A stretch of DNA of 32,000 bases from contig NC_000964.3 of assembly GCF_000009045.1 (NCBI RefSeq), positions 3,360,001-3,392,000 on the forward strand, in the 5' to 3' direction. The position numbers and the translations under genes were made by a program. Shown here piece after piece: positions 17,854 through 25,723 of the stretch; positions within the stretch are counted from its first letter, which is position 1; every line of letters starts with the position of its first letter. Under the pieces are notes generated by a model. That model did no database searches, was not told the origin of the DNA, and worked only from the letters and a program-made list of their open reading frames with translations. The stretch comes from Bacillus subtilis subsp. subtilis str. 168 (GTDB lineage: Bacteria > Bacillota > Bacilli > Bacillales > Bacillaceae).

Positions 17854-17868
17854 ATCACTCAGATTGAT
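17854..17868. promoter_or_regulatory. LysR-type T-N11-A dyad (ATC-N9-GAT), candidate YusT site
   Basis: ATCactcagattGAT. It is centred about 65 nt upstream of the start point predicted from a minus-strand TACAAT (17808-17803) for the yusS-R-Q unit, and lies just downstream of the putative yusT promoter. Confidence 0.3.
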
Positions 17869-17892
17869 AGTAAACGAACGGAGGAGTTCAAA

Positions 17893-18780
17893 ATGGAAAG
17901 CGGAGATTTACGTGTGTTTCAAATGGTAGCTCGTGAAGGGACCATTACGAAAGCAGCCCTGCAGCTTGGCTATGTACAATCGAATGTCACGGCCAGAATT
18001 CAACAATTGGAAGCTGAGCTGGGTACCACACTGTTTTTGCGCCATAATCGGGGCATGACACTTTCTGCAAGCGGAAAATTGCTGCTGGACTACGCAAATA
18101 AAATTATAGGCCTTCTTGATGAAGCGTCTAAAGCGCTCTCATCCTCCGCAGAACCAAGCGGGCCGCTTATGATCGGCTGCACTCAGACAACCGCCGCGGT
18201 AAGGCTTCCAAAGCTTCTGGCATCTTATTATGAAGAACATCCAAACGTCCAGCTGTCTTTAACAACAGGACATACGCAATTTCTCCTTGATAAAGTTCTT
18301 CGTTATGAATTGGATGGCGCGTTTATCGGATGCGAATGCCATCATCCTGAGCTCGAATCCTATCCTGCGTTTGAGGAAGAACCAGTAGTTGTTTCGGCTG
18401 CCTCCGTGCCCGATGTTGAGGAAGCCATCACAAAGCCGATTCTCGTTTACAGCACAGGCTGTTCGTATCGAGAAACACTTGAAAAATGGCTGCGTTCCGT
18501 CGGTGTCACACAGCCGGTCATTATGGAATTTGGGACGCTTGAAGCAATTATCGGCGGGGTTACAGCAGGTCTTGGCATCTCGTTGCTGCCAAGAACGGTT
18601 GTGCAGAAACATGAAGCAGAAGGATCAATTCGATTGTACCCGCTGCCTGAAGCTCTCAGCCAGATGAAAACAGAGTTTATTGTTCGAAAAGATTCGTTTA
18701 TCAGCAGCGCGCTGAGAACCTTTATGGATTCCTTTACGCCAGTTAAAACGGCTGAATCACAAAAAAGCAGTCTGCTATAA
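17893..18780 (+). CDS. yusT: LysR-family transcriptional regulator
   Basis: 295 aa from ATG 17893 (GGAGGAG RBS). N-terminal HTH TITKAALQLGYVQSNVTARIQQLE plus a LysR substrate-binding domain. Confidence 0.9.
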   Translation: MESGDLRVFQMVAREGTITKAALQLGYVQSNVTARIQQLEAELGTTLFLRHNRGMTLSASGKLLLDYANKIIGLLDEASKALSSSAEPSGPLMIGCTQTTAAVRLPKLLASYYEEHPNVQLSLTTGHTQFLLDKVLRYELDGAFIGCECHHPELESYPAFEEEPVVVSAASVPDVEEAITKPILVYSTGCSYRETLEKWLRSVGVTQPVIMEFGTLEAIIGGVTAGLGISLLPRTVVQKHEAEGSIRLYPLPEALSQMKTEFIVRKDSFISSALRTFMDSFTPVKTAESQKSSLL

Positions 18781-18797
18781 TGAACAGACTGCTTTTT
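18767..18797. terminator. bidirectional terminator between yusT and yusU
   Basis: GCAGTCTG-ctataatgaa-CAGACTGC flanked by A- and T-runs. Confidence 0.75.
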
Positions 18798-18799
18798 GG

Positions 18800-19045
18800 C
18801 TATTGTTTGTTTCGATGCGCTTCATTTAATTCCTTAATATGCTGAATGATCTCTTTAATGCCCTGCTTCGCGTCGGGGTATGTCGCATTCCAATGCTTAG
18901 CGAGCGGAGGCATGCTTTTGGCTATATGGGTGTACAAAATCCATTGCTTCACTTCTTCTTTTAGCTCATCGTTTGTTTCACCAAGCAGAAGCTCAGTATA
19001 CTTCTCCAGCAATCCATCAAGCTGCTCCTGAAGTTTTTGTTCCAT
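18800..19045 (-). CDS. yusU: small conserved protein of unknown function
   Basis: 81 aa from ATG 19045 (AAAGGAAG RBS). The track's TTG-initiated 95-aa version (to 19087) would begin inside the yusV terminator hairpin, so I prefer the shorter form. Confidence 0.7.
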   Translation of the reverse strand: MEQKLQEQLDGLLEKYTELLLGETNDELKEEVKQWILYTHIAKSMPPLAKHWNATYPDAKQGIKEIIQHIKELNEAHRNKQ

Positions 19046-19060
19046 TTTCCATCTTCCTTT

Positions 19061-19100
19061 CGAAAAAACAGCAAGGAGCTTTCTCAATTGAAAGCTCCTT
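19061..19100 (-). terminator. rho-independent terminator of yusV
   Basis: AAGGAGCTTTC-aattga-GAAAGCTCCTT followed by gcTGTTTTTT on the minus strand. Confidence 0.8.
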
Positions 19101-19111
19101 CGCTGCGTTAT

Positions 19112-19939
19112 TTATCCATGTGATGTGAAAGCCGCTTCCTGGACAATGCATCTGCCCCTGCCATGAGGAATGCAAAGAGGCGTTCCGAAGAGCGGGTCCT
19201 GTGTAACCTGACAGTTCATAGAAAACACATTTTGCACAAGATCACAAGTGATGACCTCTTCCGGACGGCCTTCTGCATAAATCCGTTTATCTTTTATGGC
19301 CACAAGATGATGCGCATAGCGGCACGCCAAGTTTAAGTCATGGAGAACCATAACAATCGTCCGGTCTTCCTTTTCATTCAGCTCAAACAGCAAATCAAGA
19401 ATTTCAATTTGATGCGTCATGTCTAAATACGTCGTCGGCTCGTCAAGAAGGATGATATCCGTTTCCTGGGCAAGCGTCATCGCGATCCAAGCCCGCTGGC
19501 GCTGTCCGCCTGACAAAGAATCAACGGCACGGTCAGCCATGTCCTCAAGCTTTGTTGCTTTAAGCGCTCTTTCAACTGCTTCCTCATCCTCTTTTGACCA
19601 CTGCTTCAGCCAGTTTTGGTAAGGATATCTTCCTTGCTTCACCAGCTGATGCACCGTCAGCCCCTCTGGAGCCGAAGGACCTTGGGGCAGGATTGCGAGC
19701 TCTTTTGCGACTTCCTTCGTCGGAAGCTTGGCAATCGCTCTTCCTTCCAGCAGCACTGAACCGCCTCTCGGCTTCATCAGGCGCGCTAATGAACGTAAAA
19801 GTGTCGATTTTCCGCAGCCATTGCTGCCAATAAATACGGTAATTTCACCTTTGGGAATTGTTAAATTCAACTCATCAATAATAACGGCATCCCCGTATCC
19901 TAAGCTCAGCGTTTCTGTAGAAATTGCACTCATACCCAT
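19112..19939 (-). CDS. yusV: iron-siderophore ABC transporter ATP-binding protein (stand-alone ATPase)
   Basis: 275 aa from ATG 19939 (AAAGGAG RBS). Walker [11 protein letters not shown], signature LSGGQRQR, Walker B IILLDEPT. FecE/FepC-like. Confidence 0.92.
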   Translation of the reverse strand: MGMSAISTETLSLGYGDAVIIDELNLTIPKGEITVFIGSNGCGKSTLLRSLARLMKPRGGSVLLEGRAIAKLPTKEVAKELAILPQGPSAPEGLTVHQLVKQGRYPYQNWLKQWSKEDEEAVERALKATKLEDMADRAVDSLSGGQRQRAWIAMTLAQETDIILLDEPTTYLDMTHQIEILDLLFELNEKEDRTIVMVLHDLNLACRYAHHLVAIKDKRIYAEGRPEEVITCDLVQNVFSMNCQVTQDPLFGTPLCIPHGRGRCIVQEAAFTSHG

Positions 19940-20070
19940 AACCGCTCCTTTTTGCTGGCTTTTTAGCAGCACTATGTATTGCACGTTTTCTATATACATG
20001 CTTTTAAGTCAATTGTCATCAATGCAAATGATTCCGATATTCAGCCATTTGATATGGTCATATATCCCTC

Positions 20071-20108
20071 ATTGTAGCAGAAAACACTGACTTTGAAAAT
20101 CATTTTCA
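20071..20108 (-). promoter_or_regulatory. yusV promoter with overlapping Fur box
   Basis: Perfect 7-1-7 palindrome TGAAAAT-C-ATTTTCA (20094-20108), matching the Fur consensus TGATAATnATTATCA at 12 of 14 positions. Minus-strand extended -10 TGcTACAAT (20079-20071), with the -35 falling inside the box. Confidence 0.7.
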
Positions 20109-20156
20109 ATTAGTTTTATGGACATAATTGACGTTTATGGGTTTTTTATCACAAGA

Positions 20157-20594
20157 TTACTTCTTGATTTCTCTGATGGAGCCGTCCTTCAGCTTCAATT
20201 TTAAATCGATATGATCATAATGACTGTCCAGATTAAATGCTGCCAGCACACTGTGTATCACTTCTGTTTCAGCCATTTGGTCTGTCACGGAAAGCTCGCT
20301 CAAAATCATTTTCATCTCATCTAACGCTTCTTCTCCTTCCTGATTGACACCGGAGAGCTTATCCTGTATTTCCGCTTTTTCCTGAGTCCCGTTCTTTGTA
20401 TAGATTCCTTCATAACGGTTATGCTCACCATCCCCGTAGCTCACACGAAGCGAAAAATTACTGTAGGGAACGGACTTCAGCTGGGTGACGGCTGTATTTT
20501 CTCCTTCTGCCTGATGCTGGTCTTCATTGAAACGGCAGCCCGCAATCAGAACCACTGCGAGACATACAGCCCCGGCTGCTCTGATCAAATGCAT
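20157..20594 (-). CDS. yusW: YusW-family lipoprotein of unknown function
   Basis: 145 aa. Signal peptide plus lipobox AVVLIAGC. Confidence 0.8.
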   Translation of the reverse strand: MHLIRAAGAVCLAVVLIAGCRFNEDQHQAEGENTAVTQLKSVPYSNFSLRVSYGDGEHNRYEGIYTKNGTQEKAEIQDKLSGVNQEGEEALDEMKMILSELSVTDQMAETEVIHSVLAAFNLDSHYDHIDLKLKLKDGSIREIKK

Positions 20595-20668
20595 ATGTTT
20601 CCCCCCTGTAGGATTCCATTTATTTTAGGTATATCCAGAGAATGAAATCCTCATTCAGAGAAGAATTG

Positions 20669-20700
20669 AAAAAGCCGGGGCATTTAACGCCACGGCTTTT
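20669..20700 (-). terminator. rho-independent terminator after the oligoendopeptidase pseudogene
   Basis: AAAGCCGgGGC...GCCaCGGCTTTTT hairpin, 4 nt after the stop at 20704. Confidence 0.7.
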
Positions 20701-20703
20701 TCT

Positions 20704-22206
20704 TTAAGATTCGGTCATTTGTAAAAAGGTTTCGGCGTCACGCACAGCCAGCTTGATGGCATTCTCCCAGAAATCGCGCTTTGTGATGTCAGCGCCCAAA
20801 TGCTTCATCGCCAAATCCTCCACTGTCATAGAAGCCGTATCGCGCAATAGCGCCATATACTTCTCTTCGAATGTGTCTTTTTCTTCAAGCGCCAACGCGT
20901 AAATACCAAGAGAAAACAGGTAGCCGAATGTATAAGGGAAATTGTAAAACGGCACCCTCGTGATGTGAAAATGAAGCTTTGATGCCCAAAAAAGCGGATG
21001 ATATTCTTCTAACGCATTGCAGTATGCCTCTCTTTGCGCCTCTTCCATCAGCTCATTCAAGCGGCTGGCCGGTACCACTCCCCGCTTTCGTTCCTCGTAG
21101 AATCTCGTTTCAAATAGAAATCTTGCGTGAATGTTCATGAAGAACGCAACGCTTCTTTGCACTTTATCCTCCAGAAGAACAAGCTTTTCTTCCCTCGTCT
21201 CGGCCTGCTGGACAGTCGCGTCCGCCACTATCATCTCTGCAAACGTTGAAGCTGTTTCTGCAACGTTCATGGCGTAGGAACGGTTTAACGGCCTGACGTT
21301 GAGCATTGCTTCCTGATGGAACGCGTGCCCGAGTTCATGCGCAAGGGTAGAGACATTTGAGGCGCTTCCCGAAAATGTCATGAAAATCCGGGATTCCCCG
21401 CTGTCCGGAAAACTGGTGCAAAAGCCGCCGACTCTTTTTCCGCTCCTGTCTTCCGCCTCAATCCAGCCGTCCCGAAACGCTTTTTCAGTGAATGAGGACA
21501 GCTTTTTGCCAAACGTTGAAAACTGGCTGGTAATGATATTTGCGGCTTCATCATACGAATAGACCTTTCCGTCAGAACCGATCGGTGCCTCGACATCGTA
21601 CCAGCTGAGTTTTTCAAGGCCGAGCATGGATGCTTTCCGGTTCAAAAACTGAACGAACGGCTTCTTGTTTTCAGTGATGACCTGCCACATCGTATCAAGT
21701 GTTTCTTTTTTCATCCTGTTAATTTGCAGCGGTTCCTTCAGGACATTCTCCCAGCCGCGCGCTTTATAGGTTTCAAGCCGGAATCCCGCCAAATGATTCA
21801 GCGTGCTGCTGAAAATATCTTGCTTGCTCTCCCAAGCTTGGCGGAAACGTTCATATACTGTTTTTCTGACAGTACGGTCTTGATGATCCATCATATTCTC
21901 CGCCTGACCGACAGACAATTGCTTGTTTTCACCGTTTTCCTCATACGGGATCGTCATTTTCCCGACAACCATATTGTATAAGTCACTCCAAGCGTGATAT
22001 CCGTCCACCGCAAGGTTTCCGATCAGTTTTTCCTTACCGGGGCTAAGCTTTTCGGCAACCCTCTGTCTTCTTTCATTTAATATGTAAGAAACATCGCGCA
22101 ATCCCGGTTTTGTTAACAATTCATTCCACACGTCTTGATTAATGTCCACAAGTTTATGATCTAATGTAACGAGCGACGATTGAAAATCTGCGGAAAGCCG
22201 ATTCAT
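20704..22206 (-). pseudogene. yusX: M3B oligoendopeptidase F-like metallopeptidase, C-terminal ~500 codons (frameshifted gene)
   Basis: Zinc motif HELGHAFH with PepF-like flanks. It has no RBS of its own. Its frame overlaps the upstream fragment's stop at 22203-22205. Confidence 0.85.
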
Positions 22207-22499
22207 GAGGCCTGATGCTCTATAGCCTTTTGATCATTGATATTCTGGGCCTGGAGGCAAGCAACAAAAGCGCCGGCCTGCTGAAGCTTGACGGATGTCT
22301 GTTCGAATAAATCAAGCAACGCGGTCAGCCCTTCAGCCTCTTCAGGCGATTCAGGCACCTGAAACGCATCAGTCCTGTCTTGAAATGCACGCAGACTTTG
22401 TGACAGCTTCTCAATATAACCTTTGAATTCTTCCGATTGGCTCCCGCCCTTAAAAAATGAATCAAGATCCCATCTTTGGCCTACCCCTTGCAGCGCCAT
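22203..22499 (-). pseudogene. N-terminal ~98 codons of the same M3B oligoendopeptidase
   Basis: ATG 22499 with a GAAGGAAAGGGG RBS. The N-terminus MALQGVGQRWDLDSFFKGGSQSEEF is PepF-like. The two frames are simultaneously open only between about 22203 and 22232. The combined length of about 598 codons is typical for the family. This fragment is annotated as yusY in older strain-168 releases, as far as I recall. Confidence 0.8.
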
Positions 22500-22632
22500 A
22501 TCACAAAACCCCTTTCCTTCTTTCGTTCTATTATAGAACAATTCTGAATTATTGTATAAAAATTTCTATTACAGGCGTCATTTCGTGTTCAGGATAGTAC
22601 AATAGCTGTAGCAGTTTAATAGGAGGGTTAGG

Positions 22633-23475
22633 ATGAATAAAAAAATAGCCATCGTGACAGGAGCGTCCAGCGGCTTCGGTCTGCTGGCAGCTGTAAAGCT
22701 TGCCCGATCATTTTTCGTGATAGCCACATCAAGACAGCCTGAAAAAGCGGAACAGCTTCGAGAATTGGCTGCAGCACACAATGTGTCTGATTCTATTCAC
22801 ATTACAGCTCTCGATGTCACCGATGAACAATCTATAGTCTCATTCGGAAAAGCTGTTAGTGCTTACGCCCCGATCGATTTACTCGTTAACAACGCCGGAA
22901 CGGCTTATGGAGGATTTATCGAGGATGTGCCGATGGAACATTTCAGACAACAATTTGAAACGAATGTCTTCGGTGTGATCCATGTGACAAAAACCGTGCT
23001 GCCTTACATAAGAAAGCATGGCGGCGCAAAGATTATAAACGTGAGCAGCATCAGCGGACTGACAGGATTCCCAGCGCTGTCGCCATATGTTTCTTCCAAG
23101 CATGCATTGGAAGGTTTTTCTGAAAGCCTGCGTATCGAGCTGCTTCCGTTCGGTATCGAAACCGCTTTGATCGAGCCGGGCTCATACAAGACATCGATCT
23201 GGTCAACGTCATTATCAAATTTTATGTCGGTGCCTGCTGACGATTCAGCCTATCATCAATACTATAAAAAGATCCTTTCCTATGTTCAAAAAAACGGAGA
23301 AGAAAGCGGAGATCCCCAAGAGGTTGCCGACCTCATTTATCAATTGGCAACAAAACAGCACATAAAGAATTTGCGATACCCGATCGGAAAGGGCATCAAG
23401 CTCACCCTGCTGTTCCGATCGCTTTTTCCTTGGTCTGCGTGGGAGTCTATCCTGAAGAAAAAGCTATTCAGCTGA
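22633..23475 (+). CDS. yusZ: short-chain dehydrogenase/reductase
   Basis: 280 aa with an AGGAGGG RBS. Motifs TGASSGFG, NNAG and YVSSKHAL (YxxxK). Confidence 0.9.
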   Translation: MNKKIAIVTGASSGFGLLAAVKLARSFFVIATSRQPEKAEQLRELAAAHNVSDSIHITALDVTDEQSIVSFGKAVSAYAPIDLLVNNAGTAYGGFIEDVPMEHFRQQFETNVFGVIHVTKTVLPYIRKHGGAKIINVSSISGLTGFPALSPYVSSKHALEGFSESLRIELLPFGIETALIEPGSYKTSIWSTSLSNFMSVPADDSAYHQYYKKILSYVQKNGEESGDPQEVADLIYQLATKQHIKNLRYPIGKGIKLTLLFRSLFPWSAWESILKKKLFS

Positions 23476-23481
23476 TCTAAA

Positions 23482-23496
23482 TTATAATTATTATAA
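23482..23496 (+). promoter_or_regulatory. PerR box upstream of mrgA
   Basis: Perfect 7-1-7 palindrome TTATAAT-T-ATTATAA, identical to the PerR consensus TTATAATnATTATAA. Confidence 0.8.
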
Positions 23497-23503
23497 TTTA
23501 GTA

Positions 23504-23531
23504 TTGATTTTTATTTAGTATATGATATAAT
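23504..23531 (+). promoter_or_regulatory. sigma-A promoter of mrgA
   Basis: TTGATT (23504-23509), 16 nt spacer, TATAAT (23526-23531). The direct repeat ATTTAGTAT (23496-23504 and 23513-23521) overlaps it. Confidence 0.6.
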
Positions 23532-23564
23532 TAAGTCAACAGATCACAAGGAGGACGTTATCTT

Positions 23565-24026
23565 ATGAAAACTGAAAACGCAAAAACAAATCAAACATTA
23601 GTTGAGAATTCACTGAACACACAATTATCAAACTGGTTTCTTTTATACTCTAAGCTCCACCGTTTCCATTGGTATGTGAAAGGGCCTCATTTCTTTACAT
23701 TGCACGAGAAATTTGAAGAACTTTATGACCATGCGGCTGAAACAGTGGATACCATCGCTGAGCGCCTGCTGGCGATTGGCGGACAGCCTGTTGCCACAGT
23801 GAAAGAATACACTGAGCATGCATCTATCACAGACGGCGGAAACGAAACATCAGCATCAGAAATGGTACAAGCATTGGTAAACGACTACAAACAAATCAGC
23901 AGCGAATCTAAATTCGTGATCGGCCTGGCTGAAGAAAATCAAGACAATGCGACAGCGGACTTGTTTGTCGGATTAATTGAAGAAGTTGAAAAACAAGTGT
24001 GGATGCTTTCCTCTTATTTAGGGTAA
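23565..24026 (+). CDS. mrgA: Dps-family metalloregulated DNA-binding stress protein
   Basis: 153 aa with an AAGGAGGA RBS. Dps ferroxidase-site region: [21 protein letters not shown]. Confidence 0.95.
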
Positions 24027-24028
24027 CA

Positions 24029-24066
24029 AAAAAGCTGAACCTTAATCGGGTTCAGCTTTTTGTTTT
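24029..24066. terminator. bidirectional terminator between mrgA and htrB
   Basis: AAAAAGCTGAACC-ttaatc-GGGTTCAGCTTTTT. Confidence 0.85.
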
Positions 24067-24069
24067 TTC

Positions 24070-25446
24070 TTAGCTTGAACTGCTTTCTGTCTGCTTGGTC
24101 AGTGTTGCGTTCAACGTTTTCGTTTTTCCCTTTCGCAGCACTTGGATTGTTGTTTTATCTCCGACTTTTAAGTCTTTGTAAAGGATCTGACGGATATCCG
24201 CACTGCTTTCCACGTCTTTACCGTTTAGTTTGACAATGACATCCTCAGATTTAATACCTGCTTTTTCTGCCGGCGAATTTGCTTGAACTTCTTTTACATA
24301 AACACCTTTGCCCAATTGATCTCCAAACAGGCCGAGCGTATTTTCCTGATAGGTTTCAGGAACTTGTGACATGTCAATCATCTGCACGCCTAAAAACGGA
24401 CGGTCCACCTTCCCGTTTTGCAGCAGCTGGTCAACAATCGGCTCGACATCATTGCTTGGGATCGCAAATCCAAGTGATTCCACGCCGCTTTCGCTCACCT
24501 TCAAGCTGTTGATGCCGATGACCTGGCCGCTTGCATTGATTAATGGGCCTCCGCTGTTCCCCGGATTGATCGCTGCATCGGTTTGCAGCACGTTCATTTC
24601 CACCGTCCCCTGTGTTGTATCCACATCAATTGTCCGGTTCAGTCCGCTAATGATACCTTGTGTCACTGTACCGGAAAACTGCTGTCCGAGCGGGTTACCG
24701 ATAGCGATTACCTTTTCGCCAGTGCGCAGCTGTGAAGAGTCACCAAAGCTCGCCACTTTTTTTACATTCTTGCCGCTGATTTCCAAAACTGCCAAATCAG
24801 TAATGGTATCGCTGCCGACAAGCTTGGCAGTTTCCGTTTCTCCGTTGTATAGCGTAACAGTCAGCTTGTTCGCGCCTTCAACGACATGGTTGTTTGTAAT
24901 GATATACGCTTTATCGCTGTCTTTTTTGAAAATAACACCTGACCCGGTTCCGCTTTCACTTTCTGAGCTGGAGCCTCCTCCCGTGCCGAATGTGTTATTT
25001 TGAGAGGTTTGGATATTTGAGATTCCGACAATCGTAGGCTCTAAATCCTCTACCATATCAGCGATGTTTGATGCGTTCGTTATCGGCGCCGTTGTAAAAT
25101 TATCAGACTGCACCTGTTTATTTGCGGAAGCGGTTTCGGTCGCCTGATTTTGGTCTGACGGCAGATAAGGCGCGATGCCAAGCATGAGGCCCCCGCCGAT
25201 AATACCGCCTAAAATCGGGCTCAGCCATGCGGCTCTCCGTTTCTTTTCTTTTTTCACAGCCGTTTCTTGCTTTTCCATTTCTAAAGCAGAAGCCGTTTCC
25301 TGCCGTCCCGCTTCATACGACACAGGCGCGTCAAGCAATTCTTGTTCAGAATGTCCAATCAGCTTCTGGTTTTCTGTATTCTGCTGTTCTGTATGTGAAG
25401 GTTCAGTTTGATGTTGATCGTTTTGGCCATCACGTCGATAATCCAT
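24070..25446 (-). CDS. htrB: membrane-anchored HtrA-type serine protease (trypsin-like domain plus PDZ)
   Basis: 458 aa with an AAAGGAG RBS. N-terminal TM segment WLSPILGGIIGGGLMLGIAPYL, catalytic Ser motif GNSGGPL, and a C-terminal PDZ domain. Confidence 0.93.
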   Translation of the reverse strand: MDYRRDGQNDQHQTEPSHTEQQNTENQKLIGHSEQELLDAPVSYEAGRQETASALEMEKQETAVKKEKKRRAAWLSPILGGIIGGGLMLGIAPYLPSDQNQATETASANKQVQSDNFTTAPITNASNIADMVEDLEPTIVGISNIQTSQNNTFGTGGGSSSESESGTGSGVIFKKDSDKAYIITNNHVVEGANKLTVTLYNGETETAKLVGSDTITDLAVLEISGKNVKKVASFGDSSQLRTGEKVIAIGNPLGQQFSGTVTQGIISGLNRTIDVDTTQGTVEMNVLQTDAAINPGNSGGPLINASGQVIGINSLKVSESGVESLGFAIPSNDVEPIVDQLLQNGKVDRPFLGVQMIDMSQVPETYQENTLGLFGDQLGKGVYVKEVQANSPAEKAGIKSEDVIVKLNGKDVESSADIRQILYKDLKVGDKTTIQVLRKGKTKTLNATLTKQTESSSS

Positions 25447-25481
25447 GTTCTTACACTCCTTTAACGGTTATTCATTTATCG

Positions 25482-25565
25482 TTACATATTCATCGCATGT
25501 ACAAGTTCAATTGTCCCAATAATGAGGAGAAAAGCAAAGCACCAAAATAGAATATGTTTGATCAT
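25482..25565 (-). CDS. candidate 27-codon upstream ORF in the htrB leader (MIKHILFWCFAFLLIIGTIELVHAMNM)
   Basis: ATG 25565 preceded by GAGGAAG at 7-nt spacing. TAA stop at 25484-25482, 35 nt before the htrB ATG. The peptide is a single TM-length hydrophobic stretch. There is no homology evidence and it is too short for the ORF track. Confidence 0.3.
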   Translation of the reverse strand: MIKHILFWCFAFLLIIGTIELVHAMNM

Positions 25566-25627
25566 CCTACATCTTCCTCGCTCTTTTTCTCTTCCTTTCT
25601 TCCCTTAACCATATCATAAACAAACAT

Positions 25628-25667
25628 TGTGGGATAAAAATGAAAAGAATATGTGAAATTATGAAAA
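25628..25667. promoter_or_regulatory. octamer repeats (TTTTCACA-like) in the htrB/cssR divergent promoter region; candidate CssR binding sites
   Basis: Minus strand: TTTTCATA (25667-25660), ATTTCACA (25659-25652), TTTTCATT (25646-25639), ATCCCACA (25635-25628). ATGAAAA recurs exactly 21 nt apart on the plus strand. A minus-strand -10 TATGAT lies at 25618-25613 and a plus-strand TATAAT at 25694-25699. I recall octamer repeats being described for the htrA and htrB promoters. Confidence 0.55.
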
Positions 25668-25723
25668 TTGCCTGCCGTATGTTAAAACTAGTTTATAATG
25701 ACGTTGAAAGGATGTGAAGAGCC

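Noticed and set aside
18133-18147. cre-like sequence CTAAAGCGCTCTCA
   Set aside because: Only the right half matches the CcpA consensus TGWAANCGNTNWCA. The left half has two mismatches in key positions, and the site lies inside the yusT coding sequence.
19049-19087. TTG-initiated longer form of yusU
   Set aside because: The start would lie within the yusV terminator stem-loop. The ATG at 19045 has a proper AAAGGAAG RBS.
22540-22632. Short palindromes (e.g. AATTC-T-GAATT) in the yusX/yusZ divergent spacer
   Set aside because: They are 5-bp arms in AT-rich DNA, at the chance-expectation level, with no recognisable consensus.
24371-25003. 210-aa plus-strand ORF inside htrB (also 25175-25550)
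   Set aside because: These are antisense to the protease domain. They are S/P/T/L-rich shadow frames with no RBS. The real htrB frame carries GNSGGPL and a PDZ domain.
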